Below are positions 32,369-41,223 of a stretch of DNA of 64,000 nt, one piece after another. The DNA lies in NCBI GenBank assembly GCA_017630035.1, contig JAGBWA010000062.1:39355-103354 (forward strand), given 5' to 3'. The position numbers and the translations under genes are program-made. Each line of letters begins with the position of its first letter. The stretch's first letter is position 1. The notes beneath the pieces were generated by a model that ran no database searches, was not told the origin of the DNA, and saw nothing but the letters and a program-made list of their open reading frames with translations. Source of the stretch: Bacteroides sp. (GTDB lineage: Bacteria > Bacteroidota > Bacteroidia > Bacteroidales > Bacteroidaceae).

Positions 32369-32821
32369 TTATTCTATGGTTTGAAAAAGGTTACTCAGTT
32401 GCTTTTCCATAATCGTTTCCGGTTCTTCGTCGTTAATGGCCAACAACGTTTCTTTCATCAAACGCATCACTTCATCGTCATCGGTCAGGCGTTCACCATT
32501 CACATAAGCCACACAAATGTTTTCTTGTTGGTATTGCCATTGGTGGTATCCCCACGGCAATGCTATCAAGAGGAAGATAGCGGCGGCGGCCACACGAGTA
32601 TAAAGCGCAATGCGACGAGTGGCGGTTTGCTTTGTGCATGCTTTGCTTGCCGCATGTTGCTTGCGTCCTACGGCCAAGTAGCCCATCACGGCACGTAGCT
32701 CGTCGAAGTCGGGGTCGGTAGTCGATGCGGCAAATACTTTCAATGCCTCCTCTTCTTTACGAGTAGTTTCAGCATTGAAGTATCGTTCGGTCAGTGCCTT
32801 CCAGTATGCTTTATCCTTCAT
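32369..32821 (-). CDS. Putative anti-sigma factor
   Basis: RYFNAETT..EE..L N-terminal motif and a single TM helix. Overlaps the ECF sigma stop. Confidence 0.75.
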   Translation of the reverse strand: MKDKAYWKALTERYFNAETTRKEEEALKVFAASTTDPDFDELRAVMGYLAVGRKQHAASKACTKQTATRRIALYTRVAAAAIFLLIALPWGYHQWQYQQENICVAYVNGERLTDDDEVMRLMKETLLAINDEEPETIMEKQLSNLFQTIE

Positions 32822-33326
32822 ATATTGTTCTCCTTTCTTGATATGCTTCTCTTATTCGTTTTCTTGCTCGCGATAGGTTTACGCGTATATTTTCCGGTGT
32901 CATCCCCACCCTTTCGGCTATCTCGTTCATTTCCAACTCTTCGTATTCGCGTAGGTGAAGTATCTGTTGTTGCACGGGCGATAGCTCTTTTTCGATGAGT
33001 AGTTTCAGTTGTTCGTATCGTTCTTGCCTTTCTATCTCCTCCACCGGCGATTCGCTTAGTCGGGTGTCGCGTTCGGCATCAAACTCCACCTCTTCGCGCG
33101 TCGTGCGTCGTCGCCATTCGTCTATGCTGAGGTTGCGCACCGTTGTCACGGCCATCGCTTCTGCCACTTGCGGCGTATCCAAGCTATCGGCACGCGGCCA
33201 TAGTCGACAGAAAGCATCTTGCAACACATCATCGGCGTCGTACGACGAGTGTAAATAGCTTGTAGCCAAGTGCAACAAGCGTTTACGCAAGCGGTCGAAA
33301 GTCGATATTAGGGTTTCTTCACTCAT
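32811..33326 (-). CDS. ECF sigma-70 factor
   Basis: ADDVLQDAFCRLW and VRNLSID (region 2); EIAE..GM....RVNLSRARK (region 4). Confidence 0.93.
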   Translation of the reverse strand: MSEETLISTFDRLRKRLLHLATSYLHSSYDADDVLQDAFCRLWPRADSLDTPQVAEAMAVTTVRNLSIDEWRRRTTREEVEFDAERDTRLSESPVEEIERQERYEQLKLLIEKELSPVQQQILHLREYEELEMNEIAERVGMTPENIRVNLSRARKRIREAYQERRTIYEG

Positions 33327-33351
33327 CTATTCGGGTGTCTGTTCATAAGGG

Positions 33352-33379
33352 TAAACGAAGCAATTGCTATTTTGTAACA
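33352..33379 (-). promoter_or_regulatory. Putative ECF autoregulatory promoter
   Basis: Minus strand TGTTAC-N16-CGTTTA, 25 nt upstream of the sigma ATG. Confidence 0.4.
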
Positions 33380-33410
33380 AAGATAGTGAAAAAAATTGTA
33401 TCTTCGCACC

Positions 33411-35306
33411 ATGAAAGCAACGGAAACCAATAGCCCCATCCTTCATTTGCAACAACAACAGCTGTTGCTACGCATGGAGTATGAGTATGAAAAGGAGGAA
33501 TTCAAACGCCAAACGGAAACGATGGGCGTGGCGCGCAAGGTGAAACGAGGCCTCTGTTGGTATCCAGTCAGCACAGGACGAAGCTATTACAACTCGCTGA
33601 ATCAGTTAGTGTTGGAGGTCAACCGCTCGGAAGACCTCGACATTGAGCACAACTTTGAATATGGCCGCCCGGTGTGCTTCTTTCGCCAAAGTGCCGATGG
33701 TAGTTTAACCTACTATAACTTCACCGCCACGGTGAGCTATGCCGACGAAACACGCATGGTGGTAGTGATGCCAGGGGCTGGTAGTATTGTAGATGTACAA
33801 GCTGCCGAGCGATTGGGCGTACAACTTTTCTTCGACGAAACATCCTATCGCACCATGTTCGAGGCACTGGCCGATGTGCTACGTGCCAAAGGCAATCGCC
33901 TGGCCGAACTTCGCGACATACTTTTAGGTAGTAACCTTAAAGCCGGTTTTCGTGAGCTATACCCCGTACGCTTTCCGTGGTTGAATACAACGCAAGAGCA
34001 TGCCGTGAATCGCGTACTTTGTGCACGCGATGTAGCCATTGTACATGGCCCTCCCGGCACAGGCAAGACAACTACGTTGGTAGAAGCCATCTACGAAACC
34101 CTTCATCGCGAGCCGCAAGTATTGGTGTGTGCACAAAGCAACATGGCGGTGGATTGGATATCGGAGAAGTTGGTAGATAGAGGTGTAAACGTATTACGCA
34201 TAGGCAACCCCACGCGCGTAAACGACAAGATGCTATCCTTTACCTACGAGCATCGATTCGAAAGTCACCCCTCCTATCCTGAGCTTTGGAGTATCCGCAA
34301 AGAGCTACGCCAATTGGGCGGACAAGGGCGAAGAGGGAGTTATAGCGAACGCGAAGCATTGCGCAACCGCATGAGCCGATTGCGTGACCGCGCCACCGCA
34401 CTCGAACTACAAATAAACACCGAATTGTTCGACTCGGCACACGTCATAGCCTCCACACTGGTAAGTAGCAATCACCGCCTGCTTGGTGGGCGACGTTTTG
34501 GCACACTCTTCATCGACGAGGCAGCACAAGCACTCGAAGCAGCTTGTTGGATAGCCATCCGCAAGGCCGATCGTGTAGTGTTGGCGGGCGACCATTGTCA
34601 ATTACCCCCAACCATCAAATGCTACGATGCCGCACGAGGTGGCCTTGATTGCACACTAATGGAGAAGATTGCATCGAACAAACCCGGTTGCGTATCGCTA
34701 TTAAAGGTGCAATATCGCATGCACGAGGCCATCATGCGATTCTCCTCGCAGTGGTTTTACGACAACCAAGTAGAGGCCGCGCCTGATGTAAAACACCGCG
34801 GCATCTTGGATTGGGATAGGCCTATCACGTGGATAGATACTTCGGAAATGGAGTTTAAGGAAGAGTTTGTGGGCGATAGCTTTGGACGCATCAACAAATC
34901 GGAAGCCGACTTGCTTATCGACAAGCTACAAGCCTATATCGAGCGTATTGGCGGAAAACGCATCTTGGACGAGCGCATCGATTTTGCCATCATCTCGCCC
35001 TACAAGGCACAAGTGCAATACCTACGCGGAAAGGTAAAAAACAGTGCCACCCTACGCCCCTATCGCCACTTGCTTACCATCAACACCGTGGATGGTTTTC
35101 AAGGACAAGAACGCGATGTAGTGTTCATCTCGTTAGTACGTGCCAACGAACAGGGACAGATAGGTTTCTTAGGCGATTTACGACGCATGAATGTAGCCAT
35201 GACTCGCGCACGCATGAAGTTGGTCATTTTGGGCGAGGCCGCTACCTTAAGTCATCATCCATTCTATAAAACATTAATCCATTACATCAACACCCTCGAT
35301 ACATGA
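33411..35306 (+). CDS. SF1 Upf1/IGHMBP2-like helicase
   Basis: HGPPGTGKT, IDEAAQ, GDHCQLPP, QYRM, TVDGFQGQE and NVAMTRA motifs. Confidence 0.93.
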   Translation: MKATETNSPILHLQQQQLLLRMEYEYEKEEFKRQTETMGVARKVKRGLCWYPVSTGRSYYNSLNQLVLEVNRSEDLDIEHNFEYGRPVCFFRQSADGSLTYYNFTATVSYADETRMVVVMPGAGSIVDVQAAERLGVQLFFDETSYRTMFEALADVLRAKGNRLAELRDILLGSNLKAGFRELYPVRFPWLNTTQEHAVNRVLCARDVAIVHGPPGTGKTTTLVEAIYETLHREPQVLVCAQSNMAVDWISEKLVDRGVNVLRIGNPTRVNDKMLSFTYEHRFESHPSYPELWSIRKELRQLGGQGRRGSYSEREALRNRMSRLRDRATALELQINTELFDSAHVIASTLVSSNHRLLGGRRFGTLFIDEAAQALEAACWIAIRKADRVVLAGDHCQLPPTIKCYDAARGGLDCTLMEKIASNKPGCVSLLKVQYRMHEAIMRFSSQWFYDNQVEAAPDVKHRGILDWDRPITWIDTSEMEFKEEFVGDSFGRINKSEADLLIDKLQAYIERIGGKRILDERIDFAIISPYKAQVQYLRGKVKNSATLRPYRHLLTINTVDGFQGQERDVVFISLVRANEQGQIGFLGDLRRMNVAMTRARMKLVILGEAATLSHHPFYKTLIHYINTLDT

Positions 35307-35911
35307 AACGCACCTTATTTATCATAGCATCGTTTCTCTTGCTTGTGGCATGCAAACAAGAAACAACCATCGAGCAAGCTATCGGCAGACAGATGGCGAG
35401 CCATCCAGCATCTACGTTGCAAGATTTGTATAAGAACTTCTTCCAAGAGCAATTCGGGCCGGGTCATTTAGTGCCCGACACCACATCGGCCGCACGCTAT
35501 TTGCGCTATGAGCTACAAACAATGAATAGCGAAAGCCAAACGCTATACGAGCCTATTGGCGTAGAGGGACGTTTTGTGCGCGTAAACCTTGATGTTATTA
35601 AACGCGGATATGTTGATTTCGACACCTTCCTCGATGCTTTTTTGCGAAGTGCTACATGCTTTGAGCTACCCGCTATCAATGATTGGAAAATACGTTGGAA
35701 AGAGATAGAAGATACGATAATAAAGATGGGATTGAGCAAGACACTTCCCCGCTTTGAAAGCGATAGCCAAGCCATCGAAGCATTACTTAATCAAGGCGAA
35801 TATGTGATGCACCATAGCCCCGAATATTCGGAAACCTACCAACCGCACTATCGGTTGATTGAACGAACTATCTTTGAAGAAGAAATCCTGCCAAAAATAA
35901 GTGCTGAGTAA
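35303..35911 (+). CDS. Hypothetical lipoprotein
   Basis: Lipobox LVAC, QDLYK..FQ..FGPGH and HHS..Y...Y.PHYR motifs. Confidence 0.75.
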   Translation: MKRTLFIIASFLLLVACKQETTIEQAIGRQMASHPASTLQDLYKNFFQEQFGPGHLVPDTTSAARYLRYELQTMNSESQTLYEPIGVEGRFVRVNLDVIKRGYVDFDTFLDAFLRSATCFELPAINDWKIRWKEIEDTIIKMGLSKTLPRFESDSQAIEALLNQGEYVMHHSPEYSETYQPHYRLIERTIFEEEILPKISAE

Positions 35912-35913
35912 AC

Positions 35914-36378
35914 TCAGAACTTGTTTACCAATTGCTCTAAATAGTATTGGTCGGTGGCATCGAAGGTGGCCAAGTGTTCGCTATCAATATCAAGAACAGC
36001 AATCACTTGACCATCTTTGTATAAAGGCACTACAATCTCGCTACGCGATGCCGAGCTACAAGCAATATGTCCAGGAAACAATTCAACATCGGGCACAACT
36101 TGCGTAACGCCCTCCTTCCAAGCCGTGCCACACACGCCACGTCCATACTTAATGCGCGTGCATGCCAAAGGGCCTTGAAAGGGGCCAAGCACCAATTCGT
36201 CGGCTTGCACACGATAGAAGCCCGTCCACCAAAAGTGAAACGTTTCATGAAGCATAGCACTCACGTTGGCCATGCGTGCAATCATGTCGGGCTCGTCTTG
36301 AAAAAGCGCATCGACTTGGCGAAGCAACAATGCATACTTATCAGCTTTGCTTCCGGTAGCTATTTGTAGATGCTCCAT
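35914..36378 (-). CDS. msrC: GAF-domain free methionine-R-sulfoxide reductase
   Basis: W.GFY, LGPFQG..AC, GVCG, HIACS..SRSEIVVP and LDIDS motifs. Confidence 0.88.
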   Translation of the reverse strand: MEHLQIATGSKADKYALLLRQVDALFQDEPDMIARMANVSAMLHETFHFWWTGFYRVQADELVLGPFQGPLACTRIKYGRGVCGTAWKEGVTQVVPDVELFPGHIACSSASRSEIVVPLYKDGQVIAVLDIDSEHLATFDATDQYYLEQLVNKF

Positions 36379-36384
36379 AGTGAG

Positions 36385-36885
36385 TTATTTCAAAGCTTTA
36401 AGCAATTGTGTTTTCATTGTTTCGGCACCAGGGAAGCCCACTTGCGTAAACACCACCTTACCCGACTTATCAACGATAAAATAGGTAGGCACGCCCTGCA
36501 ATCCCAACTCGTTGCCCAACTTCTTCCATTGAGCAGCAGTGACGCGATAGTGGTCGCCACCCAACGAAGGAATCATCTGTTCCCAAGTGGCAAGGGGCGA
36601 TGTTTCACCGGTAACATACAAGTACACAATATCCTTATCCTTCAATTCCTCCTTCACTGGCTTCATAGCCGCATTGGCTTGTCGGCAAGGGCCACACCAA
36701 GTAGCCCATATATCTACCAGCACCGTCTTTCCACGGAAGGGCAACAGCAAGGCGTCGAACAATGGGGCATCGGCCACGATTGTAGGATTTTCATGCACTT
36801 TATGCGTTTGCTTTGTCGATTGTGCTTGCACGCCACCTACACACATCAAAGCAGCCACAAGCATTATAAAAAAGGTTTTCTTCAT
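36385..36885 (-). CDS. TlpA-like thioredoxin-fold disulfide reductase
   Basis: Signal peptide, WATWCGPC active site and the GVP cis-Pro motif. Confidence 0.9.
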   Translation of the reverse strand: MKKTFFIMLVAALMCVGGVQAQSTKQTHKVHENPTIVADAPLFDALLLPFRGKTVLVDIWATWCGPCRQANAAMKPVKEELKDKDIVYLYVTGETSPLATWEQMIPSLGGDHYRVTAAQWKKLGNELGLQGVPTYFIVDKSGKVVFTQVGFPGAETMKTQLLKALK

Positions 36886-36962
36886 AAATAATTGGTATTA
36901 AGTTTGGATGCAAAGATAACATAAATTGCTTACACGCTCCTTCGTAACAATCTTAAATAAAC

Positions 36963-36992
36963 AAAAAAGGCCCACACCGATGGGTGTAGGCC
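36963..36992 (-). terminator. Terminator of the ilv operon
   Basis: Minus strand ggcctacacc...ggtgtgggcc followed by tttttt. Confidence 0.8.
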
Positions 36993-37018
36993 ATATATAA
37001 GCGAGTTAAAATAACCGA

Positions 37019-38062
37019 TTAGTTGTTTTCAGGACGAAGTTTGCGCACAGTAACAGCTGTTTGCCACATTTCGCTTTCACGCAATGCCTTCAACTCCTCT
37101 TCCAACTTTTCGCGATAGTCGGGTTTTGAGTTGCTATCGATAGAGATTTGAGCTTCGTTACCACACTTCACGTTGGCATAAAGCTTTTCTACTACCGGCT
37201 TGATAGCATCGTGGAAGGGGCCCATCCAGTCGAGCGCACCACGTTGAGCTGTAGTCGAGCAGTTAGCATACATCCAATCCATACCATTCTTAGCGAAGAG
37301 AGGCATCAACGATTGTGTAAGTTCTTCTACTGTTTCGTTGAAGGCTTCCGAAGGAGTGTGTCCATTTTCGCGCAACACTTCGTATTGAGCCAACAACAAG
37401 CCTTGAATAGCACCCATCAACGAGCCGCGTTCGCCAGTCAAGTCGGAAGTAGCTTCACGGATGAAGGTAGTTTCGAACAAGTAGCCCGATCCGATACCAA
37501 TACCCAATGCAATAGTTCTATCCATAGCCTTACCTGTTGCATCTTGATAGATAGCATACGACGAGTTCAATCCGCGTCCTTCGAGGAACATAGTGCGAAG
37601 TGAAGTACCCGAGCCTTTAGGTGCCACCATGATAACGTCGATATCAGTTGGAGGAACTACGCCAGTGCGATCGTTCCAAGTAATCGCAAATCCGTGTGAG
37701 AAGTAGAGTGCCTTACCTGGTGTGAGGTATTGCTTCAATGTAGGCCATACGCTCATTACGGCTGCATCCGAAAGCAAGCACATTACGATGCTACCCTTTT
37801 CTGCTGCCTCTTCAATGCTAAACAATGTCTCGCCTGGTACCCAACCATCTGCAATTGCTTTTTCATAAGTCTTACCTGGACGTTGACCAACAATTACATT
37901 GAAACCATTGTCGCGCAAGTTGCATGCTTGACCTGGGCCTTGTACACCATAACCGATAACGGCAATTGTTTCATTTTTCAATATCTCACGAGCCTTTTCT
38001 AAAGGAAACTCTTCGCGGGTCATTACATTTTCAATAACCCCGCCAAAATTCATTTGTGCCAT
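37019..38062 (-). CDS. ilvC: Ketol-acid reductoisomerase
   Basis: IGYGVQG, FSHGF, APKGSG, SDLTGERG and CSTTAQRG motifs. Confidence 0.96.
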   Translation of the reverse strand: MAQMNFGGVIENVMTREEFPLEKAREILKNETIAVIGYGVQGPGQACNLRDNGFNVIVGQRPGKTYEKAIADGWVPGETLFSIEEAAEKGSIVMCLLSDAAVMSVWPTLKQYLTPGKALYFSHGFAITWNDRTGVVPPTDIDVIMVAPKGSGTSLRTMFLEGRGLNSSYAIYQDATGKAMDRTIALGIGIGSGYLFETTFIREATSDLTGERGSLMGAIQGLLLAQYEVLRENGHTPSEAFNETVEELTQSLMPLFAKNGMDWMYANCSTTAQRGALDWMGPFHDAIKPVVEKLYANVKCGNEAQISIDSNSKPDYREKLEEELKALRESEMWQTAVTVRKLRPENN

Positions 38063-38102
38063 AATTCGTTTGATTTATGATTTATTATTTATGATTTATA
38101 TA

Positions 38103-38855
38103 TTATATCAACACTACTTTTGAACGGCAAATAACTTCTTGAGTATCGCCATTTTGTTTTCTGATTTCGATATCGAACGAGCCATCCTCTTTCTCTTCCT
38201 TAAAGAACAATAAGGTATCGCCATAGTAGCTTTCGGCCACGTAGGCAATTTCGAAGCGACGAATATTCTTCGCCTCGAAGGTTTCCATAGGGAAGAGGTT
38301 GAGCACATGTTCAATGTACTTTATGCTATTCACATGCCCATTTATGTCGATGTCGCTATACTTTGTCACATAGTCGGCCACAGGCTCGTCTTGTGCCACC
38401 TTGATGCGTCCCGGCTTTTCGATGGGGCACTCTCTGTCGCACACATAATCGCCCAATGCATCGCCGTGCAGCGCTATCAAATCGGCCGGCTTGCGTGTCT
38501 CCATGCTCATCATCGCCCACACCGAGCGTGCATAGCCAATAGTTTCACCATCCTTGTTCACCAATGCAAAGTCGCGATCGGTAAAGAGGCGATAGACACT
38601 CTCCACCCAGGTTTCAATGCTGAATGGTTCGTACCTACGCGGCATATCGTTCAACTCGATAGCAAGGCGCGACAACACCCACGTATAGTGGTTTTCGTTC
38701 AGCTCGGCAATGCCAAATCCTCTATCAGCCGCATGAAAGCCGGCACAATTCAACAAGTGATTGCCCAACACGCCCATGGTGAGCTTTCCGGTAAAATCCA
38801 CATGAAAAGGCTCGGCCACGAAGTTGTATACACCTATTTTATTATCTTTACTCAT
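38103..38855 (-). CDS. Acyl-ACP thioesterase (FatA/B-like)
   Basis: Double hotdog fold with WVLSR and DIDINGHVNS..Y motifs. Confidence 0.9.
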   Translation of the reverse strand: MSKDNKIGVYNFVAEPFHVDFTGKLTMGVLGNHLLNCAGFHAADRGFGIAELNENHYTWVLSRLAIELNDMPRRYEPFSIETWVESVYRLFTDRDFALVNKDGETIGYARSVWAMMSMETRKPADLIALHGDALGDYVCDRECPIEKPGRIKVAQDEPVADYVTKYSDIDINGHVNSIKYIEHVLNLFPMETFEAKNIRRFEIAYVAESYYGDTLLFFKEEKEDGSFDIEIRKQNGDTQEVICRSKVVLI

Positions 38856-39410
38856 TTACAGTCCTTTACTTCGTTGATATTTCGCCTCACGTTCGGCCAA
38901 GAATTCGTTCACACGCTCAAAGCAACTGGTGGTAATGGCCACACGTCCCGAGCGCACAAATTGTAACACACATTCTTGCGCTTGCAACTCCTCGTACAAG
39001 TAGGAAATCTCCTCGCTCATGCCGTTTTTCTCGACGATAGAGAAGACAGGATTCACCTCTACGATGCGTGCAGCATACTTGCGTATAATCTTCGACACCT
39101 CGGGTTTTCCCTCCAACACGGGTGTAGCCAATTTATACAACGCAATTTCGTGTTGATAGATTTGCTCGTCAGTAAAATAGTTTGCCTGCAACACATCAAT
39201 CTTCTTGCTTATCTGTTTGGTCACCTTCTCGATGGTGTCCTCATCCGCCCATGCGGTGATGGTATATTTATGCACTCCTTCGATAGAAGATGCCGACACG
39301 TTCAAGCTCTCGATATTGATTTGTCGGCGTGTAAACACTGCAGTTACCTGATTCAGCAAACCCGCAAAGTTTTCCGAATGTACGATTATCGTATATAATT
39401 TTTTCTCCAT
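38856..39410 (-). CDS. ilvN: Acetolactate synthase small subunit
   Basis: ACT domain EN.AGLL....VFTRRQINIESL and C-terminal RSG. Confidence 0.94.
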   Translation of the reverse strand: MEKKLYTIIVHSENFAGLLNQVTAVFTRRQINIESLNVSASSIEGVHKYTITAWADEDTIEKVTKQISKKIDVLQANYFTDEQIYQHEIALYKLATPVLEGKPEVSKIIRKYAARIVEVNPVFSIVEKNGMSEEISYLYEELQAQECVLQFVRSGRVAITTSCFERVNEFLAEREAKYQRSKGL

Positions 39411-39412
39411 AC

Positions 39413-41110
39413 TCAGCACTCTAAAAGCATTTGATTCACCGAGCCACCCGGAGGTGTCATCGGCAATACATTACCCTCTTCCATGATGCAAGCCTCCAGT
39501 AAGAAGGGGCCATCTGTAGCAAGCATTTCTTGGATAGCATCGGCCAGCTCTTCGCGCTTCATCACCCTGCGCGAAGGGATGTTATACGCTGCAGCTATCT
39601 GCATATAGTCGGGATTCATCATCGGTGTAAACGAGTATCGTCCGCCAAAGAACATCGCTTGCCATTGGCGCACGTTGCCCAAGTAGTTATTGTTCAGCAA
39701 AATCATCTTCACCGGTGCTTGTTGCTCCATAATGGTGCCCAACTCTTGAATATTCATTTGCAAGCCACCATCGCCCATAAACACACACACGGTGCGGTCG
39801 GGGCGTCCAAAGGTGGCACCAATAGCCGCCGGCAATCCAAATCCCATTGTGCCAAGTCCGCCCGATGTAACGATGCTACGCTCTTTGGTAAACTTAAAGT
39901 AGCGTGCCGACATCATTTGGTTTTGTCCCACGTCGGTCACCAAGATGGCCTCGTTTTGAGTAGCTTCGCTCACGGCACGCACCACCTCGCCCATGCTCAG
40001 TTCATCGCCTTCGGGATGCAATTCACGGTCGATAACGGCCGTTTTCTCCTGTTGTTCGTAGGGAGTAAAGCTCTCTATCCACGCCTTGTGCGTAGCCGGT
40101 TTCAGCAATTCGGTCACAGCCGCCAGTGTTTGCTTACAATCGCCCAGCACCGCCAAGTCGGTCTTCACGTTCTTGTCTATCTCGGCAGGGTCAATATCGA
40201 AGTGAATAATCTTTGCCTGCTTGGCATAGGTAGCCAAGTTGCCCGTCACGCGGTCATCGAAACGCATACCCACGGCAATCAGCACATCACAGTTATTGGT
40301 ATTCACATTGGGGCCCAGGTTGCCATACATACCCAGCATACCCTTGTTCAGCGGATGGTCGGTAGGCAAAGCCGATAGTCCCAGCAAGGTGCGTCCCACG
40401 GGCAAATCAGCCTTTTCGATAAAGGCACGCAATTCCGCTTGGGCATTACCCAATTCAACGCCTTGTCCGGCCAATACCAACGGGCGTTCAGCTTCGTTTA
40501 TCAGTTGTGCGGCCTGCTTAATGGCCTCCATATTCATTTCGGGTACCGGCAAGTAGCTGCGCACAAAATCCACCTTAGCGGGTGTATAAGCCACCTTCTC
40601 CACCTGTGCATTCTTGGCAAAGTCAAGCACTACGGGACCAGGTCGTCCGCTTTGTGCAATGTAGAAGGCGCGTGCCACTGCCCACGCCACATCCTCAGCG
40701 CGACGTATTTGGTAGCTCCACTTCGTGATAGGTTGCGTAATGCCTACGAGGTCCACCTCTTGAAAAGCATCTGTACCCAAGAAACCGGTACCCACCTGTC
40801 CGGCAATCACCACAATCGGTGTGCTGTCTATCATGGCGTCAGCAATACCGGTAATGGTGTTTGTAGCACCCGGGCCACTTGTCACGAGGCAGACACCCAC
40901 CTTTCCCGACGAGCGTGCAAAGCCCTGTGCGGCATGTGTGGCACCCTGTTCGTGGCGCACCAAGATATGGTTCAATGTATCGCGATGGTCGTATAGCGCA
41001 TCGAACACCGGCATAATACTTCCGCCGGGGTATCCGAATAGCGTTTTCACGCCCTCATGCTCTAACGAACGCATCAATGCTTCAGCACCTGTTATCATAT
41101 TGTCAGTCAT
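39413..41110 (-). CDS. ilvB: Acetolactate synthase large subunit
   Basis: FGYPGG, RHEQGA, TSGPGATN and the GDGG..N TPP-binding motif. Confidence 0.97.
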   Translation of the reverse strand: MTDNMITGAEALMRSLEHEGVKTLFGYPGGSIMPVFDALYDHRDTLNHILVRHEQGATHAAQGFARSSGKVGVCLVTSGPGATNTITGIADAMIDSTPIVVIAGQVGTGFLGTDAFQEVDLVGITQPITKWSYQIRRAEDVAWAVARAFYIAQSGRPGPVVLDFAKNAQVEKVAYTPAKVDFVRSYLPVPEMNMEAIKQAAQLINEAERPLVLAGQGVELGNAQAELRAFIEKADLPVGRTLLGLSALPTDHPLNKGMLGMYGNLGPNVNTNNCDVLIAVGMRFDDRVTGNLATYAKQAKIIHFDIDPAEIDKNVKTDLAVLGDCKQTLAAVTELLKPATHKAWIESFTPYEQQEKTAVIDRELHPEGDELSMGEVVRAVSEATQNEAILVTDVGQNQMMSARYFKFTKERSIVTSGGLGTMGFGLPAAIGATFGRPDRTVCVFMGDGGLQMNIQELGTIMEQQAPVKMILLNNNYLGNVRQWQAMFFGGRYSFTPMMNPDYMQIAAAYNIPSRRVMKREELADAIQEMLATDGPFLLEACIMEEGNVLPMTPPGGSVNQMLLEC

Positions 41111-41133
41111 ATTATTCTGTTCTTTATGCTTAT

Positions 41134-41184
41134 GCGGACGCAGCACGCTACGTCCCTACATGGGTAGGCAAACCCTGCCCCTAC
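41134..41184 (-). repeat. Two tandem GTAG-type REP-like palindromes
   Basis: Minus strand GTAG-GGGCAGG-gtttg-CCTACCC and GTAG-GGACGTAGC-gt-GCTGCGTCC. Confidence 0.7.
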
Positions 41185-41188
41185 ATTT

Positions 41189-41223
41189 CTACTTGACTAC
41201 TTGACTACTCACTACTTGACTAC
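41189..41223. repeat. CTACTTGA octamer tandem repeat
   Basis: ctacttga ctacttga ctactca ctacttga ctac, abutting the ilvD stop. Confidence 0.8.

Noticed and set aside
33411-35911. SF1 helicase plus lipoprotein as an anti-phage defence system
   Set aside because: There is no nuclease or effector domain, composition is core-like, and the partner is a lipoprotein. This helicase type is common in Bacteroidales.
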